A stretch of DNA of 64,000 nt from Guillardia theta CCMP2712 (taxonomy: Eukaryota > Protista > Cryptophyta). Location of the stretch: positions 161,363-225,362 of the forward strand of contig NW_005434619.1 of the NCBI RefSeq assembly GCF_000315625.1. The letters are read 5' to 3'. The notes under the pieces were generated by a model that was given only the letters and a program-made list of their open reading frames with translations, searched no databases and was not told where the DNA came from. A program made the translations under genes and the position numbers. Each line of letters starts with the position of its first letter. The first letter of the stretch is position 1. Positions 1-12,383 of this stretch are shown one piece after another.

Positions 1-606
1 GGAGAAGGAGCAGGAGAAGGAGACTGTGGAAGTTGACAGCTTCGAGAGGACAACGAGCTCGCTGTTGGAGAGGGTCAGTGCGCTCATGCAGGAAGGCGAG
101 GTCGACGAGGCTGTCAAGGTCATGCAGGAGCTGATCACTCAGGTGGGCCCTCAGCCCAGCGTCGTCCTGCGTCTCGTGCGCCTGCTGGTTCTCAAGGGAG
201 ACTTCTTTGCTGCCAACGAAGTGGTGTTCCAGGCGTGCAAGGTGAGGGCGGACGGGAGAGGAGGAGAGGAGGCAGGTAGACGGGTTGGGTGGAAAGAGGA
301 GGGGGATTGAGAAATCAAGGCACGGGACGATCTGGGGGAGAGGAGCAAGAGAAAGAGAGCGGAGGGATACGGACGGAGAAGGTAGGAATAGACAAGGAGG
401 ATATGAGAGCGTGAGAGCGGTGTTGTATTGAGCGACAGCATGGCAGTGAACATGCTGACTGAGTTCTTACCAACAGAAATTCCCTGACGACGATGAAATG
501 TTGTTTATCAAAGCTAGTCTGCTGAAGCAACAAGGCTACCTCGGGGAGGCTGAGAGCTGTTATAGGTGAAACTGCTGCTGCTGCTGCAGCTTGCTGCTGC
601 TGCAGC

Positions 607-646
<40 letters not shown>

Positions 647-3467
647 TTCGCATGCTGTGTCACTAAGCTCTTCGATTCTCGTCTTTCTTCCATTGTTGTC
701 TTGCTCCATGATGATGGTGTCGAGCAGGAGGGTTCTGGAGATGAACAGCAAGAATGCGGACGCTCTCTGTCATCTCGGAACTCTGGTCGCCGCCAAGTCG
801 CCTGAGGGTTACAACGATGAATCAGAGATGGTCCTTCCTCCTCCTCCTCCTCCTCCTCCTCCTCCTCCTCCTCCTCCTCCTCCTCCTCCTCCTCCTCGTG
901 ATGCCACTTCATCATAGTCTTCGTCCGCCTCTCGCTCTTCCTCCTCCTCCTGCTTCCCATCCTGCTCTCCCCTCCTCTTTTTCTTCCCCTCTCCTCCCTC
1001 TTTGAATTGGTAGCCCCATCTATCTCCTCCTCCTCCTCATTGTCTTTTGCTTCACTTACTTGTCCTCCGTTGCTGCAGCTGCTCTCCGCCGCTCTTTCCT
1101 TGAAGCCCGATGACGTCATCATATTGACCAACTACGCAAACATCCTTCAGAACCGAAAGAGTTTCGAGCGGGCCGGGCAACTCTTCAAGAGGTTTGCTAC
1201 CTTCACCTGTCTTTGCTGTCTCCTTTTCCAATGCTCCTGCTAGCTGTTATGCGTGGTTTTAACATTTCTGTCGTTTCCTCTCTTCTCCTCTCCTCCCTCC
1301 TTCACTCCCTCCTCCCTCCTCCCTCTCTCCTGCTTCCTCCCTCCTGCTTATCCTTCCTTATCCTCCTACTGTCAACTTCGCTTCTTCGCCTCTGCCTCCC
1401 TCCAGGGCACTAGAGCTGCAGCCCCAACGAAGTCTCCTGCACAGCAATTATGCGGCGCTGCTGTGGGACAAATACCAGGAGGAGAGGAGGGAGGGCAACC
1501 AAGACCAGTCAGACTACCAACGTGCGCTCCTCCTGCTCAAGGAGGCTGTTCGGCTAGATCCCGAGCATGCTCCATCCTTGAACAACTACGCCAGGCTGCT
1601 CGCTCAGGAGGGCGAGACAGATGCCAGGTTGTCTCCTTCTCTTCGTATCCTTGTACATGCTCTCCTCTCTCCGTCAGTCTCTCTTCGGTCCTGCTGTGTC
1701 GTCCTGCTGCTCCTTCCCTCTGTTCCACCCGATGCCCCTCCCTTGTCTTCCTGGTGACTCGTCACTTCCCCTTGCTTCTCCGCTTCTTTCCTCTTTCTCG
1801 TCTCCCTCCTCCCTCTCATTGTAGATTTGGCAGTGCTGCTGTGCCGAATGAAACTGAAGATGCCAACGAGATCTTTGAAAAGGCTCAAGAAGTCGATCCA
1901 AACAACGGAGAGATGAAGGTACCGAGGAGGAGGACGAGGATGACGAGGATGACGAGGAGGGGTGAGGGGGAAAGCTATGACAATGACAATGACAATGACA
2001 ACAAAAGGTTCAACATGCGAAGCATCTCATCAATCAGCGTTTGTTCCTCCCTGCCAAGGTCCATCCTCCCTCCCTTCCCCTCTCTCCCCTCTGCTCTCCT
2101 TCCTCTCGTTCTCCTCCTCTGTCTCCTCTCTCCGCTCTCCGCCCTCTCGTCACACGATCACAGGGCATTCTAGAGGAGGCTCTGAGCATGGACCCTCCTG
2201 TCAGCAACGAGCTCAGAGCAGAAGCGTTCATCCTGCATGGAATGGTCTGCTACCGCCTCCTCCCTTCAGCTGCCGCTGACATTGGTTTGAGATCTGCGAG
2301 GAGGAGGGAGGGATGCAGCAGCTCAAGGCAGCGGTCAAGTACTACCAGCAAGCGCTCGAAGCCCTCCCGCACTCCCCTCCGTTCCATGCTGTCTTCCGCC
2401 ATGCAGCACTGGTGAGGGATGACGATGGCTTGACTTGTTCGTTCGTGCGCTCCTTTTCCTCCTCCTGCTCGTCATCATCATCACCGCCATCATCATCACC
2501 ACAACCACCATCACCACCATCTCCATCATCTCCATCATCTCCATCATCATCATCAACAACAACAACAACAACAACAACATCTTCTCCATCATCATCATCA
2601 TCGCTCTATCATCGCTCCATCATCCTTCTTATCCTCCTCTTCCTCATGTTCATATGAATTATCAGAGTTTTCATGGATCTTGTCTTCCCCCTCTTTTCAC
2701 ATTCTTGCTGCTCCTTTCCTTTCCCTGTCCTGGTTCTTTTCCCTTCATTTCTCAGCTTGCTACACAGCAATGGATCTGCATGGAGAACCTGGAGGAGGCC
2801 GAGGAGAGCTTCAAGAAAGCTCTTGAAATCCAGCCAGACAGCAGGGAGTGCATGGTAAGGCACAGAGGGGGGGGAGGACACTAGCGGCTGTTGTCAGGGA
2901 AGCGAGGGGAGGAAAGAGGGTGGGAAAGTGCTGTTGTTAGGATACAGTGAAGTTGGAGGGAGATTGCATGGCTGGTTTGCCAAGGAGGAAGGAGGAGGGG
3001 GTCCAAACAGGAGTTGGAGGGGTCAGAAAGGGAACGAAATCCTTGCGAGTACTTGACCATGGCCCAGGTCCAATACGCTATGCTGCTGTGGGAGGGGAAA
3101 GGAAATGATAAGGACGCGCTGCTGCTGCTTAGGAGGAAGCCTTCCTCACTCCGAACCTCATTTCTCCTGACCCTTCTGCAGAGTGCTGGAAGTCGATCCC
3201 AAGGACAAGACAGCGCTAGACGCATGTGCGCAGATCCTGGAGCAGCGGCAAGTTGGCTACTGTGAAGACGAGCATGTAGCCAGATCACTGCGGCAGGTTG
3301 CGGAGGAGGAGGAGCAGGAGGTGCAGGAGAAGGCCCTGCTTGAAGACGGTCGAGGGTCGGGAGGAGGGAGAGGGAACAGGAGGGGTTGGAGGAGATCGCT
3401 CAAGTCTGTAGTTCACCGTTTGAGGGCAATCGTTGCAAGATTGTTTCCATTCCGTAAACGAAGATGA
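1..3467 (+). CDS. Multi-exon tetratricopeptide-repeat (TPR) protein, probably 5'-truncated by the window
   Basis: Spliced exons give successive TPR motifs: ...EAESCYRRVLEMNSKNADALCHLG; LLSAALSLKPDDVIILTNYANILQ; ALLLLKEAVRLDPEHAPSLNNYARLL; EEAEESFKKALEIQPDSRECMVQYAMLLW. Stop codon ends at 3467. Confidence 0.9.
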
Positions 3468-4014
3468 TGAAAAAGATAGAGCGACAAAACTGTTGAGGGG
3501 AGGGAGGGAAGGGGGGGGGGAGAGAGAGAGGAAAGACTGATCTGATGGAGAGGAAGAGAGATTTGAGACTAACAGGATGAAAGACGACGGGATAACAATA
3601 CACCAGAAGACTGGGAAAGAAGAGGGTATGGAGGGCAGGTAGTCATAGGAAGAGTCAGCAGAAATTGGATCGGGTGTGAAGAATGGAGGAAGAAGACAAG
3701 AAGACAGTAAGGCAGGAACACTGTTCGTCAGATATCTTTCCAGTTGTTCGTTACTTTCCTGTAGGTGAAGTGAGAAAGCAAGCATGAGCTCCAGCAAAAT
3801 TCGCAAATATGTCGGCAGTGAATATAGATGAAGCAGGAGACAAAGAGTGGAAGACGGGCACGGGGACAAGGGAGGGAGGAGGAGCGCAGCAGAGGGCAAG
3901 AGAAGTTGTAATTACAGCTTTGTCGATGGAGCAAGGGACCAGCAGCAGGACAGCATCAGGACAGCATCAGCATCATACTGGACAACAGCAGGAGGTCGGG
4001 GAGTTCTGTCCCTA

Positions 4015-5503
4015 TCACCTGTGCGCAGAGAGACAAGTTGTCGAGCAGTACTGGAAGGTGAACTTGCTGAAAGACTGCCTCGACTTGGGGAAACCTGTCA
4101 GCAAAAGTCATGGACGAGGAGGGCGAGGGAGAGAGCATCACTCTGCTTGCAGCTGCTGCACTCCCACACCTCCTCCTCCTGCTCCGACTCCTCTGGCTTC
4201 ACGTAGTAGGACAGGATGCGGGCAAGGTTCCCCCTGCAGATCCGATCCATCTGCTCCGCACCGAGTCGCATGCCCATCATCCTCGGAACGAAGTTGCGAG
4301 GGATGTGCTGCAGTCCGAACCCTCCTCCTCCTACCAGCTGCATCTTGTACTGGAAGCCGTGAGATAGGACTATCTGCTCGCCATAGCCTGCCGTGACCTT
4401 GTCACACCGTCAAGCGTGCTGGTCATACTGTCGTACCCTGGGAGACCATCTCGGCTATGCAGAGCGCGATGCGGTCGTCTCCTGGCGCCATGACGTTGTA
4501 GTGCTGCAGGAACGCTCCTGCGAGGTCCCCGTGAGCATCCAAGACACTCAACTCAGCGCCTCCTCCTCCTCCTCCTCATCCTCATCCTCCTCCTCCTCCT
4601 CCTCCTCCTCCTCCTCCTCCTCCTCCTCACCAGAACATCCGATACAGTCCATGGACACGTTGCAGCCTCGAGCCAGGACGGATCGTAAGTAGTCTCTATC
4701 GTCGCAAGAGTACGCCATGTTCAGCAGCACCGTCCGCTTCAGGCTCGCACCCTCCGACGCAACAACGTCCATCACCTCCTTCCCAAGCTTGCACCCCGGC
4801 TCCAGGTCCACGAAAAGAGGAGCTCCCGTCCTTGCCTGCACCCTTGCCGCGGCAACCAGCACCCTCCTCTCCTCATCATGGAAGTTGGAGGACACACCAA
4901 TCCCTCCTATGACGCCTGCTCTGATGGCTCCTTCCTCGTCAGACTCCACACACCCTCCCACCAGGTCCCGCTCCATCTTCATTGCAATCTCATCGGTACT
5001 CTCACCCACTAGGTAAGAGGGATGAAGCACATGAACGCTGAACCCTGTTCCCATCACAACGTGCACCCCAGTGAGCTTCGACAGCTTTCTCAGCATCTTC
5101 GGATTCCGACCGAGCGCTGAATAGACGTCAACGTGCATAGTGACGAGAGAAGGTCCTAACCTGGCACGGTCGTATCGACGACCAAGGTCCCTCCAGCCGC
5201 CTTGAAGCTCCTCATCTCCTGCTCTGCCATCGCTGCCTTGTTGAGGACTACGTTGTCCAGGTTGCTCAGCGGATTCTGCATGATCCTCCCTCGGTTCTCG
5301 AGCGCCAAAGGAGCATGGAGCAGTTCGGATGGGAAGTCGCGCGTACCTTGAAGAAGCTTGACGATAGAGGTCTGGTCGATGAAGAGGTGCTCATTCGATA
5401 GACACAACACGGGACCACCACCACCTCCTCCTCCTTCTCCTCCTCCTCCTCCTCCTCCTCCTCCTCCCATTTCCACCTCCCCCGTCACACTCATTATGGA
5501 CAT
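4015..5503 (-). CDS. Phosphotriesterase-related (PTER/php-like) amidohydrolase-fold protein with C-terminal CxxC...CxxxCxxxH zinc finger
   Basis: Family motifs NEHLFID, FKAAGGTLVVDTT, GRNPKMLRKLSKLTGVHVVMGTGF, IRAGVIGGIG, AARVQARTGAP, GYGEQIVLSH and NLARIL over about 5 exons with GT-AG introns. Last exons read WECSSCKQSFPKSRQSFSKFTFQYCSTTCLSAHR*. Confidence 0.88.
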
Positions 5504-6084
5504 GGCTGCAAGGGGTGGATCCGCGGAAGCCGGCAGAACAGTGCATGACCACCTGCTGACACTACCACCTTGAATGGCCTGCATCTTGGAATTTTGATTT
5601 CTGAGCCATATAAATATTTGAAAACAGCAGCAAAATATTCAATTAGTTTCACTTGACTGACCCCCTTAAGGACCCTTGTGATGACCAATGCTGATATAAT
5701 TCACCATGTCCAGCGACTCCCATCAATATAAAATCTACCCTCACCCCCTTCGATACTTTAAAAGGACCCGGTGAATGGTGATCTGAGTAATAATGATTTA
5801 AAACTTGCTAGTAGCAGATTACAATACTTATTAAACTACATGAGCACCCCCACCCCCCTTAAAACTACCTCACCCTCGCAATTCGTCTTATCTCAAATGG
5901 TCCCCCGGATGCTCCGTTCAGTCTGAGCGAGGAGGTACCCCCTATTTTCACTAGTAGAACTACCGGTATGAAGTCTATTAAAAGATAAGACCATCCCTAC
6001 CCCCGTAGAATGAGTACCCCAAATTTGAGTACCCCACCACACACCATTCCTACCTGCATGGCCTGAGCCGACCGGATCTTCCAG

Positions 6085-8871
6085 ATGGCAGATAGGAGCG
6101 CGCAAGGAATGCCTCCTCCTCCTCTCATGTCAGACGATACCAACACTTCATCAGAATCATCATCCTTCTCGTCTTCCTTCCCGCATGTCCCGGGAGAGAC
6201 GCTATTCCTCCCATTCTACAACGAATCCCTGTGGGAAAAGGTTCGTAATTCCCTCCTACCGTTTCCGAAGGACTTGGACGAGCTTACTAAGGCCATGCAA
6301 GCTTATATTCCGGGCATTTCTCAGCTTCGCGGGCTTCAGGCAGCGATCGATGGAGTAGGAGGAGGGCCAGCTTGCGAGAATTTCTTTACGGAGACTCTGC
6401 CGGATATCATTCAGTCGGCGCTGAAACTGCAGGAGGTCATGAAGAGTTGCAACATTGATCGCATCCCCCTCCTCAAAGACATCAAGACTACAACCAGCGC
6501 TGTTTTCAAAGTCGTCTTGCCTCGTGTGCTCGTCAGATCCCTCATGGCAAACATGTTTCTGTGCACGTTCCAAGAGCAGCGGGGGATGGAGGAGCCCATG
6601 CCTACCTGCACCTTCCAGGTTCTGCTGAGGAACACCTCAGTGCAGGAATGCGCAAAGTTGAGAATGTTCATCCACTACTTCGAGCGAACAAAGAGCGGAC
6701 ATGTTCCTGGTTGTGTCACGATCATACGACAGAAGATCTACCTTGACGGGATGTAAGAGCGAGGCACTGCGATGTGAATCTGTTGACATGATATTTCTTT
6801 GGAAGGATCCTGGAGAACAGCAATAAGCCTCTCCTTGGCATTTCTGTTGCTCCAGCTGGAGTTGGGTTCGAGGACGATGACAATGGGAAGGATTGTCTGC
6901 ATGCCGACTTTGCGAACATGTACATTGGAGGAGGGGTGTTGACAGGAGGCTGTGTTCAGGTTGAACCTCTCATGTGATGTGTTGAGCGCACGATAAAATC
7001 GTGTTGGACAGGAGGAGATTCGTTTCTCGATCTGCCCCGAACTGATCATATCCTGCCTGACATGCAGCGTCTTGAATCTTGGAGGTTGTTCTCATCGCAC
7101 CGCCCCTTAGTGGTTGTTGATTGATTTTTCCTGCAGAGGCAATACAAATCCTCGGAGCAGAGCAGGTTGGATATTTCATCAAGTACTCACAAGAGTCTTA
7201 CAAGCTCTTGTTTCAGTTCTCTTCATACTCGGGCTATGGGTTTGGTTTAAGGTTCGCCGGCCCGTTTGTGGACAATCAAAGGCAGGCAGATGACGGTGAG
7301 CGAGCGCTAGAGGGAGCGCGTTTGTGTGCTGGGAGGATACGGGGAGAGGGCGGGGGAGATAGGGAAGGGGAAAAGGGAGGGGGAGGGGGAGGGCTTGGAG
7401 GAGCAAGGAGATCGCAACGGAGAGTGAATGCTCATCGGTTGAGCGACGTTGGTGATAGGTACCATCCTTCGGGGAATATTTGCCATGGATGCGTATGATG
7501 GGCGGCGAAGAGACTTCAACATAAGGGTACAGCTACAGGTACGGCGTTCCTCCCTCCCTGACCCTCTCTTTGACTTCCTTCCATCCCTCCCTGCCTGTTC
7601 TCCTCCCCTCGAGCTTCCTCGCCTGTCTCTGATTTGACCGCCTCCTCTCCATAACTTGCTGGCTCCCGCCCCTCCCTCTCCCTTCCTCCTGAATTGATCA
7701 GTATTGTGAAATGTTTTGCTTCTTGCAGGAAGCCATGATGCTCAGGGAGATCAACAAGGCCGCGGCAGGGTTTTCTCTCATGGATGTGAGTCCTCCTCCT
7801 CCTCCTCCTCCTCCTCCTCCTCCTCAAGCTATCCTGACGCTCGCCGCCACAGGACTCTGTGAAGCAATTCTCCGTCTTGGCAACCGGTGAAGAGAGAGAG
7901 GGAGAAGGAGAAAAGACAGGGAGGGACGGAGTGAGGAGTAAGAGACCAAGGGAGAGGTGGACTGGACCATAGACCCGAGGAAGTGACATAGGATCTCTGT
8001 GCTTGCACTTACCATATTGCTCCCCTTCTAGGCAACTGGGGATGCGGCGTGTTTGGCGGGTTTGCTCCTCTGAAGGCGGTAAGGAGGTGCTACAAGTTAT
8101 CCGCCATCCTCACACGTCTGCAGCTCCTGCAGTGGCTCGCGTCTTCCCATGTGGGAGTATGCATACGATATTTCCCTTACAACGAGGTTGGGCCTCCGCA
8201 CCATCCTCCCTCTCCCACCCACTTCCAACCCTCATTTACTTCCTGTCTTCCTTGCTTCTTCTCACCCCCACGCCCCATCCCCTCGGTTTGTTGATCACTG
8301 CCTTGCCTTTTCCTCCCTCTCACTGACCCCATCCAACGTTCCTCTTGCTTTTCGCTCTTGTCGTAACGCTGAACGCTCGCAAAGGATTTTGGACCAGCCC
8401 TGCAGAAGCTGAGCGCGACGCTGACTAGTCGGAGATGTACCGTAGGTGACCTCTGGAAGGTGAGGAGAGCGAGAGGAGGGGAGGGCGAGAGGAGAGGAGA
8501 GGAGAGGAGGAGCTAAGAGAGCATGCAGGGTCTTGGAAGGCTGTCAAAAAGGATGAGCTTGAAGGGAGACGGGGCTGTGATGGAGAGGTTGGCGAGTGAA
8601 CGAGGGCGAGGAGAGAGGAACTCATACAGCAGCGCAGATTTTACGAGGAGTTGGTCGAGGAGCTAGGGAACCTTGGAACTAGCAGACAGAGTCCATCAAG
8701 AAGATCCGACGGAGACTGTAAGAAATCACCATGCTTCTCCTCCCATCCCCTGCTTCCCGCCTCTCGCATCTTGCCCCCTTCCCTCCCAGCCTCTTCCTAC
8801 CCTGCTCTGTCCCTGACTCCCTCCTGCTTCCTGCTTGTCGTTCATTGTCGTCTTAACATGTTGGGTCAGGA
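6085..8871 (+). CDS. PARG: Poly(ADP-ribose) glycohydrolase
   Basis: Catalytic signature ADFANMYIGGGVLTGGCVQ|EEIRFSICPELI (intron 6960-7011), plus FSSYSGYG, ATG|NWGCGVFGG, LQWLASS and TVGDLWK. The 3' end is approximate. Confidence 0.95.
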
Positions 8872-8939
8872 TGGGGACATCGGGCTAAGTGGGCTCTGCG
8901 AACTTTGTGGGCTTGTCTTTGGGCGAAGCCTGAAGATGA

Positions 8940-11290
8940 GGGGAGCGAGTGCGGAACGCTGACTCGGAGCTGGAAGGAGGATACAATCAACCGGGCGGAG
9001 AGGGATGGGGGCTGGAGAAGCAGGCGGAGAACAAAAGAGGAAGGAGGAAGGAAGGGGAGGAGTTACCTGTCTCGATCACACTTGCGCTCCTGCTCTCACA
9101 GTCCAGCAGACTCCAGTTGGTCTTCATGGTGCCTAACGACAACCTGGGGACCGAGTTTCAACGGAGGAGGAGGAGGAGGAGGAGGAGGAGGAGGAGGAGG
9201 AGGAGGAGGAGGAGGAGGAGGAGGAGGAGGAGGAGGAGGAGAGAGGCTGTTAAGGAATATCATGTGAGATGTGTGAGAACCTTTCTTTGGTCGGAATCCC
9301 CTCCAAATTCACGTCGTCCTCATCCTCTGATCGCCTGCGTCTCTGCGTTATCTTACACCCCCTTCCTAATCCTCGACTTCTTCTCTTGCATGTCCCTTCA
9401 TCCCCTCTCCCTCCTCCTCATCCACCCCCTTCTACCTGCCTCTCACCCTTACTGCTCTGCTCCACTCGTCTTCCTATCGCTACAACTTCCATCGCTACCT
9501 CATCAGCATGGGGGACAGCGACGTTCCTCTCAGCTCCTCCTCTTTGGGCAGCTGCCATGGTGTGTAGGCTCCTGCCAACTGTGATCAGGAGGAAAGGAGG
9601 AGTAAGACAAATGGCGGACTGATGTCAGCGCCAAGGTGGACTGGGGCCCTCCCCCTGCAAGAAGTTATAAGTGCCGCGATAAGCTCAAAGCTCGATCGAT
9701 GTACGTCGCGTCGTTGGATACGGGCAGGCGAAGGCTCGACCCTCTTCTCTTCTGCATAGCAATGGTAAGTAGCAACCAAGGAGGAAGAAAACTAAATGGG
9801 GATGAAATGCGGGAAGGGCCAAAAAAGCTGCTGGAGGAAATGGAAGGGAATGAAGGAAGAGATCGGACAAGGGAAGAGGTAGGGTAACATTGAAGAGAAG
9901 AGGCAGGATGACGCAGCAAGGCGCCACAACGTTGCTAACCTTCCCTCCCGTTGGTGACCTCCCAGAACGAGGAGATCCTACCTCCCCGCTCGTCCACAGC
10001 GAGTCGAACTCAGCCTGCATCTGTGGGTCCTTGAGCGCCGATGAAGCCTGCAACAGCTTTGAATAGAGCAGCAGCAGCACCCGCGGCCCTTCTCACTTGC
10101 AGCGTCCTGAAGAAAGTCGCTCCTATCAGATTCTCCGACTTCTTGTATGGAATGTAGCCCATGTCTGCCAAGCACAATCATGCTCAGTTTGCCAACCAGC
10201 CCCTCAAGTCGATGACTTACAGGATGCGGAAACAACCTTAGGGTCTCTGCAGAGGTTGAGATTGTGCCTGGAAGACAAGCAGAAAGCAGTCATTCCCTGA
10301 CATTCTCCATCGTTGATCAACGTACAAGTTCCATCTGCTGTATCTCGGGTCAAGGTTGTCTTTCTCCCACAGATCTCTCATCTCGTTCTGCGGGGGAAAC
10401 ACTTCAGAGGGAGGGGGGAGAGGGAGGAAGGGAGAGATACAGACACAGGCAGGCAGGCAGGCAGACAGACAGGCAGGCAGGCAGGAAGGCAGGCAGGCAG
10501 GCAGGCAGGCAGTAGTCTGAGAGGAAAGCAAGCAGCACATCTTGGATTTCATGGTCGATAGACTTGCTTGTCCGGAAGCCAGTGGATTCCCAGCTCTGTA
10601 AATGACACTTGGTGAGCAAGAATACTCAAGTGCAGGATGGAAACGGACAGGTCAGGTCAGGTCAGGTCAGGTCAGGTCAGGTCAGGTCAGATCAGGGCAG
10701 GACAGGACAGGAAACGGCAGGGCAGGACAGGACAGGAAACGACAGGAAAAGAAAGGAGACAGGGCAGGACACCCTAAGAGCCATTGTGGAAACATGCGTC
10801 ATTCACCTGTGAACTCCCTCTTGTTCGCTGCAGCTGGGTTGCTTCCATAGCCTTGGCCCAAGTGCTTCCATACGCGTTGTTCGACACGTATCTTGAGCAA
10901 ACAAGCAGTCAGTGGACCCTTGTCGTTGCCCTCCCACCTCCTCCATTGCTCACCCAGGTACGAACCCGGCGTATCCAACCATCCTCCTACCAACACTGTG
11001 AGCATCAGCTGAGCAGCAAACAAAAACATCTCCATCGACCTCTCGCCCGTCATCACCGTCCCTTGGCTGCTGCAGGGTGAGTGACTGGAGAAGGAGCAAG
11101 CAGTGAAGACCTGGAGGCCGAGAACGAGCTCCTCCTCGGAGACCAGGGGAGCGATCGAGCGCCCACTCTCTCAGAGTCGAACCGCGGAGTCACCATAGTG
11201 CGATGCCTGAACCAACAAGCCTCAGCAGCGACTCGATGAAATGTTCTCCCCACTTTTCTGGGAACATGTAATGGAGCCACGTCAAGTTAG
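8940..11290 (-). CDS. Hypothetical multi-exon protein; 5' end near the assembly gap
   Basis: Phase-compatible GT-AG exons: NEMRDLWEKDNLDPRYSRWNL|HNLNLCRDPKVVSAS|YMGYIPYKKSENLIGATFFRTLQ|ASSALKDPQMQAEFDSLWTSGE. No recognisable domain; both ends uncertain. Confidence 0.5.
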
Positions 11291-11417
11291 GAGCGACAAA
11301 CCTCAAAACACGCACCACTACATTCATCATCGCTACATCGCCCTCTCATTCCTGTCAGTCATGTGCTCTCTCATCTTACCCTACCCTGCCCGGTCTTCCT
11401 CCCCCCCCCCCTTTCCT

Positions 11418-11517
11418 NNNNNNNNNNNNNNNNNNNNNNNNNNNNNNNNNNNNNNNNNNNNNNNNNNNNNNNNNNNNNNNNNNNNNNNNNNNNNNNNNNN
11501 NNNNNNNNNNNNNNNNN
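11418..11517. other. Assembly gap flanked by (CCT)n
   Basis: Run of 100 N. Confidence 0.99.
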
Positions 11518-12383
11518 TCCTCCTCCTCCTCCTCCTCCTCCTCTCCTCCTCCTCCTCCTCCTCCTCCTCCTCCTCCTCCTCCTCCTCCTCCTCCTCCTCC
11601 TCTGCATCCTCCTCCTCCTCCTCCTCCTCCTCCTCCTCCTCCTCCTCCTCTGCATCCTCCTCCTCCTCCTCCTCCTCCTCCTCCTCTGCATCCTAGCTCC
11701 TCAACTGCCGCCATCGCTATACGCATCCTTGGATTGACATATGTCTAAACCACCCCACCTAGTACCCCCAAGATTAAACTGACCTCCACCCTTTGACTGG
11801 AACATATTGGTACCCCTACCCTCCATATATCCCATTTCGAGCAGGAAAGATACCCCGTTGAAAGTACCATTATTTTCAAGTACCCCGTCATCGACGCGAT
11901 TGCCCCACCCTCACCCACCTTTCAACGCATTCTCCTCTTTTTTTCTTTGTTCTTCCAACACCGGTACTTCCGTCCACAAAAAACCAGACGGGTGTGGATT
12001 GTTTTTTTTTGGTAATTTAAGTACCGGTACTTCTTCCTTCCCTTCCTATACCACCCACCCCTACGATTGAGGCAGGATGCAGGTTTTACAAGAACTTTCC
12101 TCAATCTGTTCTGCCCCGACGCGTCATGCCTGTCTGCTAGTCCTCCTACCCTGCCTCCTCCTCCTCCTCCTCCTCCTGCCGCCGCCTCCGCTATTGATCT
12201 CGCTGCTCCACATCTCCCTGCTCACCTTGCCTCCTCCCTGAAGTCCATCTGATCCCTCTCGCTGTCTCCTGGGCTGCTTCCTGAGCCCTCCTATCCCTCC
12301 CAGTTCGCTCCCTCCTCGTACACCGAGCATCCTCTACCCCACAAACGTCGTCCTGGTTAGCGACACAACTTCACTCTGTCCCC

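Noticed and set aside
4518-4630. Apparent all-purine (GAG)n intron or frameshift in the PTE-like gene
   Set aside because: A canonical in-phase acceptor (CTCAC branch...CTCGCAG|) at 4518-4520 restores the frame.
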